This document shows positions 41,401 to 51,675 of a stretch of DNA of 64,000 nucleotides, piece by piece. Positions within the stretch are counted from its first letter, which is position 1. The number at the start of each line of letters is the position of its first letter. Location of the stretch: assembly GCA_965217775.1 (NCBI GenBank), contig CBDCJH010000002.1:416001-480000 (forward strand), in the 5' to 3' direction. The translations under genes were made by a program, and so were the position numbers. Source of the stretch: Acidobacteriota bacterium (GTDB lineage Bacteria > Acidobacteriota > UBA6911 > RPQK01 > JAJDTT01). Under the pieces are notes generated by a model. It saw nothing but the letters and a program-made list of their open reading frames with translations, did not search any database and was not told the DNA's origin.

Positions 41401-41817
41401 CAATCGGGTAACCCGTTGCACGTGCGGGCCTCAGCGGATTTCAGCAACACCGGGCAGTCCGCCAGAGACATAAGACCGAACAAGGTGGGGGAGGTCCGAT
41501 ACTTCAACCCTCGCAAGAGTAACTTCCAATGGGCCAATATTGACGATGCCTTCGAACATGGTCCGCGGGGAACCTTCGGGAACACGGGCCGCGGTGAGGC
41601 CATCGGCCCCGGAATCAACAATTGGAACCTGATGTTGGCCAAGAACTTTGCCATCGGGGAATATGCCAAGCTGCAGGTTCGTGTCGAGATGTTCAATGCC
41701 TGGAATCACACGCAATGGGGTACTCCCAATTCAGTTCTCAATGGCCCACTCACCGGTTTTGTCACCTCGACCCGGGCCCCGCGGGTCGGGCAGGTGGCGC
41801 TGCGGTTGGATTTTTAG
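38419..41817 (+). CDS. Oar-like TonB-dependent receptor, intact
   Basis: Signal peptide, LPLQGRNY, TKSGSNQFHG, LNLGLRYEY, C-terminal QVALRLDF. Confidence 0.93.
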   Translation: MKVNHWQSAMLAILMTGLLAVGVVQAQLVRSAILGTISDESRLVVPGVTVTVTNLATNVSQTIITDDTGNYMVPFLDPGEYRVSAVLTGFKQAVEPRAQLDVATRLRVDLTLPVGDTSEVVEVRSAVPLVQTDDTAVGLHFKEDQLKSLPLQGRNYQALALLSPTAVNPITNILRNFNGANLTGGNWFQVAGQRGSDAAYDIDGIDANHIMFQTQSLIPSLDSIQEFKLQTHNYSSEYGRGSVQFTTITKSGSNQFHGAIYNYNRNAIFNANNFFSNRTGRPRQPFNHNQFGANLGGPIWRDKTFFFFAYEGQRLRQTRNAAARTPPSEYLQGDFSNFRHQLYDPLTVRRDENGRFIRDPFPGNQIPRSRFSVFGAAAAALLPAPNAEVGTLVGNQNLTGTIRRDSDVNYWTVRIDHSFSERDSLYGRYMQSRESLTSTGAPVQLLAPLSGDFKNNEGYNLMIAETHTFTPRIINELRYGYNQGYWGIHQEGGDAGCHGPCDESIDYITDVFGIKNLAGPPSTYGLPVVVVAREGRFGGNINAPHIGEVKTHQISNTLSVNSGTHSVKTGVDLRFQNYNHTAAGGFNRGLFIFNGRFTTFPGTPFSRGNSAADLLLGNTHLVLGTVGQLEALAEGNQYSFFIQDDMRLFPNLTLNLGLRYEYYPPWVENSVGASRFDFVAAPGTCFENTNPCPPTPLIQTGPGETFYDPDYNNFGPRIGLAYSPFGDRRMVIRAAYGIFYSPAPGNDIINSLGGVLGSQTYTKLPNHPFTDVTTTDTANPDLFPQAPFTRADFPIVTGPDYILPPGVGFRNVSRHLPTALIQHWQLTLQREILPNLMLEIGYIGSHGYNGNRRTSYNQAQPDRPGELTGVRSRRPYPQIGGITQIEHTSHNTYNAGVVRLERRFEKGLSFTSSYTFSRTIDDFGDINGPTLTVPMNSYNLRLDKGLAAHHAKHRFTAGYNWELPFGRGRRFGSNLHPVLDGVLGGWQFGGITIFQSGNPLHVRASADFSNTGQSARDIRPNKVGEVRYFNPRKSNFQWANIDDAFEHGPRGTFGNTGRGEAIGPGINNWNLMLAKNFAIGEYAKLQVRVEMFNAWNHTQWGTPNSVLNGPLTGFVTSTRAPRVGQVALRLDF

Positions 41818-41863
41818 TCGAATCGTATAGAAGAATCCCGTCCCGTTTACTGGGACCGCGACG

Positions 41864-43377
41864 GTGCGTAATTTTCCGCGGCTAAGTTCATCCACGAGAA
41901 GAGAGTGGCTGCTGCAACTCACGGCGGCGGCAGGCCCGATCCGATACTTGCCGGCGGCCCAGGATCGCATCGACCGGGAAAAGTACGGGCCGTTCTGGAA
42001 CCACTACACCCACATCGTCAATGCTTCAACCAACCAGCGCATCGGGCAACCTTTCCGTCTCAGCACGGCGGTATTGCGTCCTGGACTGAGGGATCGCTAT
42101 CGAGGACGGGTTTCCTTCCGCTCTTCCGACCCCCGAGCGTGCTTCCGAAACCATATGAGTTTTCTCACCGGGACGATCGGTACGAGAGTCACTTGTTTGA
42201 AGTCGTCCTGAACAGACTCGGCAAGCACACGGTCACGGTGCGAGACGAGGATAAAGGGAGGGAATTCCCAAGCAATGTGATCCTCGTCTCGGGTAGCGAA
42301 CCGGAGCATAAACTCTATTTCGGCGACATTCACATCCACTCGGGTTGGAGCCCCGATGCGCGGGGCGCGCCGGACGATAGTTATATCTATGCGCGGGACG
42401 CCATGAATCTCGATTTTGCCTGTCTCACCGAACACGATCCGACGGATGCAATGTGGGAAAGGATCAAGGACAAGGCCCAAGAACTGTACGAGCCGGGCCG
42501 GTTTGCGACGATGTCGGCCTACGAGTGGACCGGACACAACCTCAATGCCGGCCATAAAAACGTCTACTACAGGGACGGGGAGGGACCGGTTTGGCGAGCC
42601 CTTGCCTGGGAGGGACGCGACTCCCAGACCACCAGTGCCTTCGACCTGTGGACGAAGTTGAAAGCATATGGGAAGCCCGCCATGACCCTTCCTCACCATC
42701 CTGCCTCGAAGGCGTTCCCGGTACCCTGGGATGAGTACGACAAAGAGTTTCAACGGTGCGTTGAAGTCTACTCCACCTGGGGCAATTCCGAGTATCCGGA
42801 AGGTCCCAGACAGATCGCCGTGGCCGGCGGCAGTGCTCCGGGCCACTTCGTGCAGGATGCCTTGGCGGCCGGACAGCGTCTTGGGATCGTGGGTGGAAGT
42901 GATTCGCACTCGGGCCGGCCCGGCTTTCCCGCGCACGGACGCATCTACTTCGATTATGACTACTCATACTGGAATCCGAATGCCAGAACCGGAGGGTTCA
43001 CCGGTCTCTACGCCCGTGAGCTCACGCGTGAGGCGGTCTTCGATGCGATTTATCGGCGTCGCTGCTACGCCACCACCGGTGTGCGCATCATTCTGGACTT
43101 CAGGGCTGATGACCACTGGATGGGCGAGGAGTATCAGAGCGACGAGGCACCCCACCTCTCGGTGAAAGTGATCGGGACCGCCCCCCTCGAGTCGATCACG
43201 CTGGTAAAGAACAATCAGGATTATGTGCGTATGGGCGGAGACGGGATCGAACTTGAATTCGAATATGGGAAAACCGAGAGGCCAAAAAAAGGTGGGTCCG
43301 ATTACTATTACGTCCGTGTGATCCAGCAGGATGGAGAGATGGCCTGGTCAAGTCCGATCTGGATCTCGCGCCCCTGA
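41864..43377 (+). pseudogene. PHP-like/DUF3604 metallohydrolase with one frameshift near 42139
   Basis: Twin-arginine-like start TRREWL in one frame; FGDIHIHSGWS, TEHD, GGSDSH, RCYATTG, AWSSPIW in another. Confidence 0.7.
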
Positions 43378-43433
43378 GGCGTGTTCCGGACATCGAAAGT
43401 CGCACACATTGATGGGTCCCGCCTCCCAGGATT

Positions 43434-43459
43434 CGGTGACTGAAAGCCGCCGCTCCCAC
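43434..43459 (-). repeat. Short palindromic REP-like repeat, family 2
   Basis: Reverse complement GTGGGAGCGGCGGCTTTCAGTCACCG between convergent genes. Confidence 0.45.
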
Positions 43460-43488
43460 GGCTGCGCTCAACATTCGATATTTGGTCT

Positions 43489-46107
43489 TCAGCGAGGAGT
43501 CGGTGGGTAGTTGACGAAAAACGGCGACGACCAGGCAATCATGCCGTCTTCCTGCAGAAGCCGAACGTAATAGAAATGGGGCTTCAAATCGAAGTCGGTG
43601 TCCGGGAACTCCCATTCTCCGGTGGCTTTCCCGGGCTGCACCGAATGGATGACCTGACCGTCCTTGAGCAGATCGACCCGTTCGATCGGGGCGGTTCCCT
43701 GGGCCTTGACGACTACCGGCAGCGCCGCGTCGGTACTGAACTCGTCTCCCATGAAATGTGCGCCCATTCGAACTTCCAGAATGATGTTGTCGGTGGCCCC
43801 ATAGGTGTGGCGTTTGCGGATCGCTTCGAGCAGGCCTTTCCTGCTGGCATCCGGGCTGTAGACCATGGCGTAGGAAATATGGGTGGAGACATGATCCGAG
43901 CTGGCGATCACGCCGAGTTTGTGGCCTCTCTTCCAAGCTTCTGAAACCATGCCGTCGGGCCGGATCCGGAATAGGTTCTGGATCCAGTCGGAGATCCGGC
44001 CCGTGTCTGGTCGGACCCGGGATGCATCCGCCTCGATCTGAGCCTGGGTCGAACTGTACGGTGCGCCCACATGCTCGAAGCTACGCCGGGCGCCTTGGAA
44101 AATCTCGACCACCGGTTCCACCTCCGGCTCCGGCCGATGGTGCCAGTTGGTCCCCATTCCGGAGCCGGAGGTGTGGGCGATGGTGATCCCGCCCCGGGCG
44201 CGGACTTCCTGAAATAGAAGCTCAGTGTCGTTGGCGGCCAAGTACCCGGCTTCGTCGGCCGGCTCATCTCCCTCGGGCGTGAGTGGAAACGCATAGAGAG
44301 AGACACCGTCCTTCAGGAAGAAAGGGATCACTTTCGCTTTCGCCCGGTCGGTATAGAAGATATTGCGATGACCAAAGGGATAGCTGGCGCTCCGTTCGTG
44401 GGCAAATAGACTGATGTAGACGCCCGGAAGGTGATACATGTCGCTCATCTTCTGCGAGTACCACCACCAATAGGGCCAGGCGCCTCCCTGGTGTTCGGTG
44501 TTGGCGCCGAAGTCCAGTGAAGCCGCGTCCAACATGTAGCGGTAGTAGTCGTCCAGAGAACCGTCGTTGGCGCCGCCTTCATCCCAGCTCAATTCCGTGT
44601 GCCGATGAAGATCCCCCCGCAGCAGCCGATGGTCCTTGCCGTCGATGCGAGTCCGATAACCCGCGATGCGCTCCAGATGTCCGAGCTCGGCTTCCCGGCG
44701 CGGATCGGGTTCGGTTCCCTCGATCCTTCGCTCCTGCAGAGCCGGTGGTGTCCCTGCCGTGGACGGTGCCACACCGACATAGACCTGCTGGCGAAGGGGA
44801 CGGTGATAGTAGCTTTCCCTTCGATTGTCGGTGGGCCAGATCATCCAGAGGTCATTTCCCCTCGACAGCGCGGCGCCCATTCGCGTCGAGGACCTCCCCT
44901 TGCTATTGGGCAGGAGCCTGGGCGCCGTCCACTGTTCTCCCTGCAGATGAGTCACCCAATAACTCCAGTAGCCGTCCTGACGCCCTCTCCAATACTCCGG
45001 ATAGGACCGCTTGCGAAAGAGGACGGAGTCCTTGGTCGGCCCACCCGTTCGACGCTCCATTGCGACCACCCGGATCGACCCCGAGCCATCGGAGAACACG
45101 TGGGGTTGGTATGTGTTGTAGGGACGAAAGACCGCTCCCAGGGGAGACACGGGCTCCAGCCATCTACCCTGATCCAGGCAGGCGATCCGCGGCTCCCGAA
45201 ACCCACCCAGGGGCGCGCCCGTTCCACGATTGCCGATGGCCCTGCCGTTGTCCTTTCCCCAATGGCGAGGCCCGAACTCCCAGGCCACCCAGACCCGGTC
45301 GTCGGAATCTACGGAAGTGGTGGCCCTGGCCTCGAAGGCAGGGGTCACGGCCACCGGTATGCGGGACTTGACGACCTTCCGTCCAGCGATTTGTGCCAGA
45401 AAGACGTCGAAACTGCCGTTCCGGTAAGTGTCATAGGCGACCCAAACCACACCTTGACTGTCGATCGCCGGGCTGGGCGCCCAGTCATTTTGAGTGCCCT
45501 CCGTGACCTGGATCGTCTCCGTCCATCGATCACCATCGAGCTGACGCAAAAAGATATGGCTCTTGGCTGCGGGGTGTGCGTCCGGCTTCCGGCGAAAACC
45601 CTGCCAGGCGACGGCCAGCCGGCCCCGGCCGTCCGACGACATTCTCGGGTTGACGTCGGGACGAGGATCCGAGCTCAGTCTGATTAAGGGTCCCCAGATC
45701 GACTCGGAGGGATCGAAGCGGCGGGCCAAGATATCCCAGTTGGAGTCGAGTTGCTGTGACCAGACGACCCAGACTCGATTGGCGCCGTCCACACCGATCT
45801 GGGGGAGCCAGTTGTCGCCGCTGGTGCCCGGAACCCAATGCAGGTTCTGCCAGATTCCGTCCTTGAAGTGGCGGATGGCGACGTCGTCTCTCTGTCCGTC
45901 GAAACTGAGCCAAGCCACCCAGAGGGAGCCGTCCGGCGCTGCCGCGATCGAAGGCATGTCGTCTTGGCGGGACTCATGGCCTACCGGGATCGTCGTGCCG
46001 GCACCGGGTCCGGCGGAGGGTCCAAGGAGGGAGCCGCTTCCCGGAGTTACCAGAAGGAGGAGGGGCAGTCCCAGAAGAAGTATGGTTCGGCGGAGATGTT
46101 TGAACAC
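43489..46107 (-). CDS. Secreted beta-propeller plus PHP-like/DUF3604 metallohydrolase
   Basis: Repeated WVAW blades, RGDLHRHTE, ASSDH, TYGATD, AWSSP. Confidence 0.72.
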   Translation of the reverse strand: MFKHLRRTILLLGLPLLLLVTPGSGSLLGPSAGPGAGTTIPVGHESRQDDMPSIAAAPDGSLWVAWLSFDGQRDDVAIRHFKDGIWQNLHWVPGTSGDNWLPQIGVDGANRVWVVWSQQLDSNWDILARRFDPSESIWGPLIRLSSDPRPDVNPRMSSDGRGRLAVAWQGFRRKPDAHPAAKSHIFLRQLDGDRWTETIQVTEGTQNDWAPSPAIDSQGVVWVAYDTYRNGSFDVFLAQIAGRKVVKSRIPVAVTPAFEARATTSVDSDDRVWVAWEFGPRHWGKDNGRAIGNRGTGAPLGGFREPRIACLDQGRWLEPVSPLGAVFRPYNTYQPHVFSDGSGSIRVVAMERRTGGPTKDSVLFRKRSYPEYWRGRQDGYWSYWVTHLQGEQWTAPRLLPNSKGRSSTRMGAALSRGNDLWMIWPTDNRRESYYHRPLRQQVYVGVAPSTAGTPPALQERRIEGTEPDPRREAELGHLERIAGYRTRIDGKDHRLLRGDLHRHTELSWDEGGANDGSLDDYYRYMLDAASLDFGANTEHQGGAWPYWWWYSQKMSDMYHLPGVYISLFAHERSASYPFGHRNIFYTDRAKAKVIPFFLKDGVSLYAFPLTPEGDEPADEAGYLAANDTELLFQEVRARGGITIAHTSGSGMGTNWHHRPEPEVEPVVEIFQGARRSFEHVGAPYSSTQAQIEADASRVRPDTGRISDWIQNLFRIRPDGMVSEAWKRGHKLGVIASSDHVSTHISYAMVYSPDASRKGLLEAIRKRHTYGATDNIILEVRMGAHFMGDEFSTDAALPVVVKAQGTAPIERVDLLKDGQVIHSVQPGKATGEWEFPDTDFDLKPHFYYVRLLQEDGMIAWSSPFFVNYPPTPR

Positions 46108-46397
46108 GATTCCGTTCCAGCCCTTGGACGTGGGGGAAGGGTAACAAACCAGGTTTTAGGCTCCAAGCAGGCACGCCCAACAAGCGCGGAGGCAAAACGA
46201 GTGGTATCAAATCCTCGCATGAGATTCGCGAGGCAGTGTCATTCAGGGGTGTTTCACCGGTTTGGAATTCGTCGCGCGCCCACCCCGGGATCGCTGTACT
46301 GCGATCTCGATCTGCCGGCTTGCACGACGAGGAAATCGGCGGGTAGACTGCGGCACCGGCTCGACTGGAATTCCCTTTGCCAGATGGGCGCCTGTCA

Positions 46398-47888
46398 ATG
46401 AATCAAGAAGACTCCGCAAGCCCGGAGCGACCCAGTAATCTCCTGTTCATTCTCTCGGACCAACACAATCGGAATACCCTGGGTTGTTACGGTCACTCGC
46501 TGGTCGAGACGCCCCATCTCGACGCTCTCGCCGCAAGGGGGGTTCGGTTCAACTCCGCCTATTGCAATAGTCCGCTCTGTGTCCCCTCGCGCGCCAGCTT
46601 GGCGACCGGCCGTTACGTGCACCAGACTGGCTATTGGGACAACGCAAGTCCCTACGATGGACGAATTCCCGCCTGGGGGCATCGCTTGATGGAGGCTGGC
46701 CATCGAGTGGACGCCATCGGAAAGCTGCACTATCGCAGCGTGGAGGACCCGGTCGGTTTCAGTCGAACCCTGTTGCCGATGAACGTGGTGGATGGAATCG
46801 GCGACGTGATGGGATCGGTTCGCGACGCCACCCCCGTCTACAAAATGGAACGAGCGGATGTCGAGAACGCCGGCCCAGGCGTTTCCGCTTCCTTGGACTA
46901 CGATGCCGACGTCGCCGGTCTCGCTTGTGATTGGCTCAAGCGGCGGGCGCGAAGTTCCGGCCGGCATCCCTGGGTGCTGTTCGTCTCCTTCGTTTCCCCC
47001 CATCCCCCGTTTGTAGCCCCGTCCGAGTTGTACGAGAGGTACCCCCTGGATGCGATTTCGCTACCGGTTCGATATCGTCCCGGCGAGCCACCGCCGCATC
47101 CGTCGCTGGCGGTCTTGCGGCGAACTCTGCACTTGGAGGAACCCTTCACGGACGAACAGATCCGCAGGGCTATGGCAACCTATTATGCGATGTGCACCTA
47201 TGTGGATCGCCAAGCGGGGCGAGTTCTCAGCACGTTGGAGAGGTTGGGCCTGGCGGACAATACGCGGGTCATCTACACGAGTGACCACGGCGAGAGCATG
47301 GGCCGTCGAGGTCTCTGGGGCAAGTTCACTCTCTACGAGGAGTCGGTGGCGGTGCCCATGATCCTGGCGGGACCGGGGGTGCCCAGAGGCGAAGTCTCGC
47401 CGGAAATCGTTTCTTTGGTGGACTGTTACCCCACCATAGTAGAAGCCCTCGGTCACGAGCTGACCGATGCGGAGCGGGAATTGCCCGGCCGGTCCTTGTG
47501 GCCGATGGTCCGGGGCGGTTCGGGTCCGGGTCTGGCGTTCAGCGAGTATCACGCGGTGGGATCGGCGAGTGCGAGCTACATGCTGCGGGAAAGGCGTTAC
47601 AAGTACATTCACCATGTTGGCGAGCCACCCCAGCTCTTCGATCTGAAGTCCGACCCCCGGGAACTGAATGATTTGTCCGCGGATCCCGGCTCTCGGGAAG
47701 TGGTCACGGAGTGTGAGCGGAGGCTACGCGCGCTGGTCGACCCGGAAGGCGTCGACGCCGCAGCCAAGGTCGATCAACGAGTCCTGATCGAACGCCATGG
47801 AGGCCGGGAAAAAGTATTACAAAGAGGAACGTTTGGTAATACCCCCGTACCCGGACAGGATCCTGATTTCCATCGCAGTGCGGGATGA
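46398..47888 (+). CDS. Formylglycine-dependent sulfatase (choline-sulfatase-like)
   Basis: SDQH, CVPSRASLATG, GKLH, YTSDHG, LYEESVAVP. Confidence 0.92.
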   Translation: MNQEDSASPERPSNLLFILSDQHNRNTLGCYGHSLVETPHLDALAARGVRFNSAYCNSPLCVPSRASLATGRYVHQTGYWDNASPYDGRIPAWGHRLMEAGHRVDAIGKLHYRSVEDPVGFSRTLLPMNVVDGIGDVMGSVRDATPVYKMERADVENAGPGVSASLDYDADVAGLACDWLKRRARSSGRHPWVLFVSFVSPHPPFVAPSELYERYPLDAISLPVRYRPGEPPPHPSLAVLRRTLHLEEPFTDEQIRRAMATYYAMCTYVDRQAGRVLSTLERLGLADNTRVIYTSDHGESMGRRGLWGKFTLYEESVAVPMILAGPGVPRGEVSPEIVSLVDCYPTIVEALGHELTDAERELPGRSLWPMVRGGSGPGLAFSEYHAVGSASASYMLRERRYKYIHHVGEPPQLFDLKSDPRELNDLSADPGSREVVTECERRLRALVDPEGVDAAAKVDQRVLIERHGGREKVLQRGTFGNTPVPGQDPDFHRSAG

Positions 47889-47946
47889 GTCGGTTGCGGG
47901 ATTCTTGGAAGAACGAAAAGGTAAAACACTGGAATTCACATAATTC

Positions 47947-48282
47947 ATGAAAGACCTCGAAAAGGAATCCTTTGCCGCGGTACAAGCGAAACACTACCGC
48001 CGGTGTCTGAAGGAGGCGAAGTTGGCGGCGGCCATCTTCCTGCTCGCTTTTCTCTGCTGTACCTCCGTCATTGCGTTCTTGGGATATCCCGCCCCCGGCG
48101 AGCGCCCTCCGGAACCCGCCTTGATCTGGGGAATTCCGCAGTGGGTTTTCTGGGGTCTGTTTCTTCCCTGGTTGGTGCTGATGGGAGTCACCTGGTGGTT
48201 TGCACTCTTTTTTCTCAGGGACGATGAACCTCTGCTGCCGTTTCCCGGCCAGCCGGCGGACGCTTCCGAAATCGACCGATGA
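47947..48282 (+). CDS. Small two-TM protein (YhdT/DUF997-like)
   Basis: Two TM helices, WGIPQWVFWG; overlaps the SSS gene start. Confidence 0.7.
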   Translation: MKDLEKESFAAVQAKHYRRCLKEAKLAAAIFLLAFLCCTSVIAFLGYPAPGERPPEPALIWGIPQWVFWGLFLPWLVLMGVTWWFALFFLRDDEPLLPFPGQPADASEIDR

Positions 48283-49919
48283 ACTCCGCTTCCGAATCGG
48301 TGCTTGAACAGGTCGGCCAAGCCGCCCACGGGTACGACTTCAAGCAGACGGACCCCCATATTCTGGTGCCGTTCATCGGATACCTGGTGGGGGTATTCGT
48401 GATTGCCGTTCTCGCCCACCGCCACCGCAGGTCGACGAGCTTCGAATCCGAGTATTACGTCGCCGGCCGGGGCTTGGGTGCCTGGGTCCTGGCCCTGTCC
48501 TGGGTGGCCACCATGTTCAGTGGGGGAGCATTTCTGGGCTATCCCTCCCTGATCTATTCCTATGGCTGGACGGTGGCGTTCTGGGTGAGCGGATCGATCG
48601 TCACTGCCCTGGTGGGACTTGGAATCGCCGGCAAGAGGATCAATCGTCTGGCCCGTCAGACGGGCGCGCTGACGTTGGTCGACCTGCTGCGCGACCGCTT
48701 CCGGAGCAATGCCATCGGCATCCTTTGCATTCTGGCGATCATACCGCCCACCCTGGTCTACCTCATTGCCCAGTTCGCTGCCGGAACCCGGGTCATCCAG
48801 GCCATGCTGGGCACGACTTACCCAACCGGTCTGGTCCTCTTCACGCTCTCCGTTGTGGCCTATACCACCTATGGCGGTTTCCGGGCCGTTGCCTGGACCG
48901 ATACCTTGCAGGGAATCGTCATGATCGCAGGGATTCTGGTATTGGTTCCGCTGGCGGTCTCGGCCGCGGGGGGGCTCGAAGCGGCTACCCGCCAACTGGC
49001 CGCGCGTGACGATCCCATCGCCCTGGGCCGAGGGGTGGAAACAGCCCCTCACGCCTATCTCTACGGCCCCGGGCCTGAAAAAGTCGTCGCCAATGAATCC
49101 GGCGCCCCGCCGGGAGAGTCTCCGCAATCCGATCCCTGGCTGCCCTTCAGCATGGGGATCTCCCTCTTTCTGTTACGGCCCCTCAGCTCGGTCCTGGCAC
49201 CGACCACCGTACCCCGGATGCTCGCCTTCAGGGATACGGCAGCCCTGCGAAAAGCCCTGATTCTGATCGCGCCCTATTTCCTGCTCATGTACGGGAGCAG
49301 TCTGATCACGATGAACTGTGCCTACAGTCTGGACCTCGGGCTGTCCCCCCTGGAATCCGACCAGGTGGTTCCGGAGTTGGCGAAACGGGTGGCGCCGCCT
49401 CTGCTGGCCGGCCTGCTGATCGCCGCCCCCTTTGCCGCCGTCATGTCCACGGTCGACTCGGCTCTGTTGGTCATCAGCGCATCGGTCGTGAGAGACATCG
49501 TCCAGAAAACCTGGTATCCACGGCTGAACGAAAAAAGTGTCAAGGCCTTGATTTATGCCGTCACCGGAGGCACCGGGGTCCTGGTTTTCGGTCTCACCCT
49601 ACTGATAGAACCGGTCTTTCTCCAGCCTCTGGTCATCCACTACGGCGGCGCCGTGACTTCCGCCCTGTTCTGGCCCGGCATCGCCACTCTCTTCTGGAAG
49701 CGCGCCACTCGGGAAGGGGTGATCGGCGGGCTCGCCGGTGGCCCGCTGGTGTATCTGGCCTGTGTGGTCAGCCCGCCGTTGGGGGAGGTGCTCCCCCTGC
49801 ATCCATTCGTCTATGGGTTCTTCGGCTCGGCTCTAATGGTCTATCTGGGCAGTGTCCTGACGATGCCCCAGGACAGGGATCAGTTGGCGCGCTATTTTGG
49901 CATCGATCCAACGAGATGA
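48279..49919 (+). CDS. Sodium:solute symporter (PanF-like)
   Basis: YYVAGRGLG, YGGFRAVAWTD, AAVMSTVDS. Confidence 0.88.
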   Translation: MNSASESVLEQVGQAAHGYDFKQTDPHILVPFIGYLVGVFVIAVLAHRHRRSTSFESEYYVAGRGLGAWVLALSWVATMFSGGAFLGYPSLIYSYGWTVAFWVSGSIVTALVGLGIAGKRINRLARQTGALTLVDLLRDRFRSNAIGILCILAIIPPTLVYLIAQFAAGTRVIQAMLGTTYPTGLVLFTLSVVAYTTYGGFRAVAWTDTLQGIVMIAGILVLVPLAVSAAGGLEAATRQLAARDDPIALGRGVETAPHAYLYGPGPEKVVANESGAPPGESPQSDPWLPFSMGISLFLLRPLSSVLAPTTVPRMLAFRDTAALRKALILIAPYFLLMYGSSLITMNCAYSLDLGLSPLESDQVVPELAKRVAPPLLAGLLIAAPFAAVMSTVDSALLVISASVVRDIVQKTWYPRLNEKSVKALIYAVTGGTGVLVFGLTLLIEPVFLQPLVIHYGGAVTSALFWPGIATLFWKRATREGVIGGLAGGPLVYLACVVSPPLGEVLPLHPFVYGFFGSALMVYLGSVLTMPQDRDQLARYFGIDPTR

Positions 49920-49972
49920 GTCAGTTACAGGCCCCAACGAGTCGTTGGTGAACTTCCAATACAACTTGGCAC

Positions 49973-51589
49973 TCAGCGTTTGGCGGCGGCCACGGTCAAC
50001 GCGGTTTCCTGTTTTAACGTCTTGTTCCCAATTCGATCGTTGACACTCAGCCGGAAGGTGTAGTGCCCCGTCGGCAGGTCCGGCTGTGGCCAGAAACGTG
50101 CCACTGAGACGCGGTCACCGTAAAAAACCGTGCCGATGGCAGTGAGGTTCTCCTCTTGAACCACCTCGCCTTTGGGGCCAATCACCTGAGCCAGGACGTC
50201 GATCGACGGGCGCCGCGTCGATTGGTCGATGCCGAGGTTGTAGATCTCCGCGTAGAGGCCCAATGGGGATTTCGGGGGGAAGACATTTCCCATATTGGGA
50301 TAGATCTTCAATCCACCCGCAGTCACAAAGGGAGCCGGAAACTCCTCAGTCATCGCCGGCCCGATATGGTCGGCCAGAAGAATGGAGCTAACGTTGACTT
50401 CTTCTTCCTTGGCTCTGGGAACCAGTACCATGGCTTCCGAGCTACCGATCTTCCCGCTTTTCTCCTCCTTGAGAATGAGCGTGAGCTTGTACCTGCCGAT
50501 CTTGAGCGGAATGGTGTACTGGTACAGAAAATCCTTGAGCTCGTTCACCTCGTCCGGGGTGACGTCAACCGAGAGGACGTCTTCGAACTCATAGACCACG
50601 CGGTTCAAGGTCCGGGCTCTCATGAAGAGGTTGACCTCCGCCCGCTTGGCCTCCGTTCCGGAAATCGGGAAGAAGGTGAGTTCCCTGGGGTCGAGGTGAA
50701 GGGTCACGTTGACGATGGCTCTTTCGGCAGTGGCCCGAAACCAGTCGCCTCGGAAGGTGAAAGGGAGGCTGTCGTAACGTATCCGGGTATCAACCAGGGT
50801 GCGAAGGTCTTCGAACTTGTTGGCGATGGGACGCTCGAGCCGGTAGAGCCGGTCCAGCTTGGTGAAGGGGCTGGCGCCGGGATCCGTGAGGTCATCTCCC
50901 AGGCCCATCGGCCGCATCGCGTCGGAGCGACGAAGCCGAAGGGCCCGGGTCTCCAGGCCCAAGCTTTCGAACAGCGTGTTACCGGCGTTCGTAGTGTAGA
51001 AAAGAGCGTCTTTTTCATCCGGTCTCATGGCCATTTCATAACGGCCCGTATTGGTTGAATCGACGAATTCTATTTCGATGCCATTGCCCACTCCCTCAAG
51101 GTACTGGTAGTACCAGACCTCGAACGGATAGGTCATGGTGGTCCCGCCGCCTTCGCTGATGAGACGATCATAAACGGTCCCCGTCGGATTCCTTTCTATG
51201 CTGGTCGGGGGTCCGAACTTGATATAGATCTTGCCGCGATCCGTGTACCAGCCTTCGACACCGGAATGGAAATGGTCGTTGGCATAGGCGACTCGCCGAT
51301 AGTGTTCTTCCTTGTATTCGTTGTGGGCGGTTCGAGAGTCGGGGTCCCGGCGGCGCCAGAACTGTTCTATGAATTGTTCCTTTTCCTCGGGTGTCGTAAG
51401 ACTCGAGAAGACGCTCTTTTCCTCAGGCGTAATGATGTAGATGACGTCTCTCTCCAGCCAACGTTCGTAGTAGTCCTCCCGTTCCTCCTGACGGAGGCTG
51501 TCCTGTTGAGCGTGGAGTACGAGAGCGCTGACTGGAGCCAGACCGATAAGTAACGGCACCGCTGTGAAGAACACTCGCCAGTCGGTCAT
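49973..51589 (-). CDS. GWxTD domain-containing protein
   Basis: WLERDVIYII, FWRRRDP, GWYTDRGKIYI. Confidence 0.9.
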   Translation of the reverse strand: MTDWRVFFTAVPLLIGLAPVSALVLHAQQDSLRQEEREDYYERWLERDVIYIITPEEKSVFSSLTTPEEKEQFIEQFWRRRDPDSRTAHNEYKEEHYRRVAYANDHFHSGVEGWYTDRGKIYIKFGPPTSIERNPTGTVYDRLISEGGGTTMTYPFEVWYYQYLEGVGNGIEIEFVDSTNTGRYEMAMRPDEKDALFYTTNAGNTLFESLGLETRALRLRRSDAMRPMGLGDDLTDPGASPFTKLDRLYRLERPIANKFEDLRTLVDTRIRYDSLPFTFRGDWFRATAERAIVNVTLHLDPRELTFFPISGTEAKRAEVNLFMRARTLNRVVYEFEDVLSVDVTPDEVNELKDFLYQYTIPLKIGRYKLTLILKEEKSGKIGSSEAMVLVPRAKEEEVNVSSILLADHIGPAMTEEFPAPFVTAGGLKIYPNMGNVFPPKSPLGLYAEIYNLGIDQSTRRPSIDVLAQVIGPKGEVVQEENLTAIGTVFYGDRVSVARFWPQPDLPTGHYTFRLSVNDRIGNKTLKQETALTVAAAKR

Positions 51590-51675
51590 CGTTCACTCTT
51601 TTGGGGAGCGTCTTGCTTCATGCGGACCTGCGGCACAATTGTCCATGGACGCCCTTTCGCCTGTCAAGAATGTGT

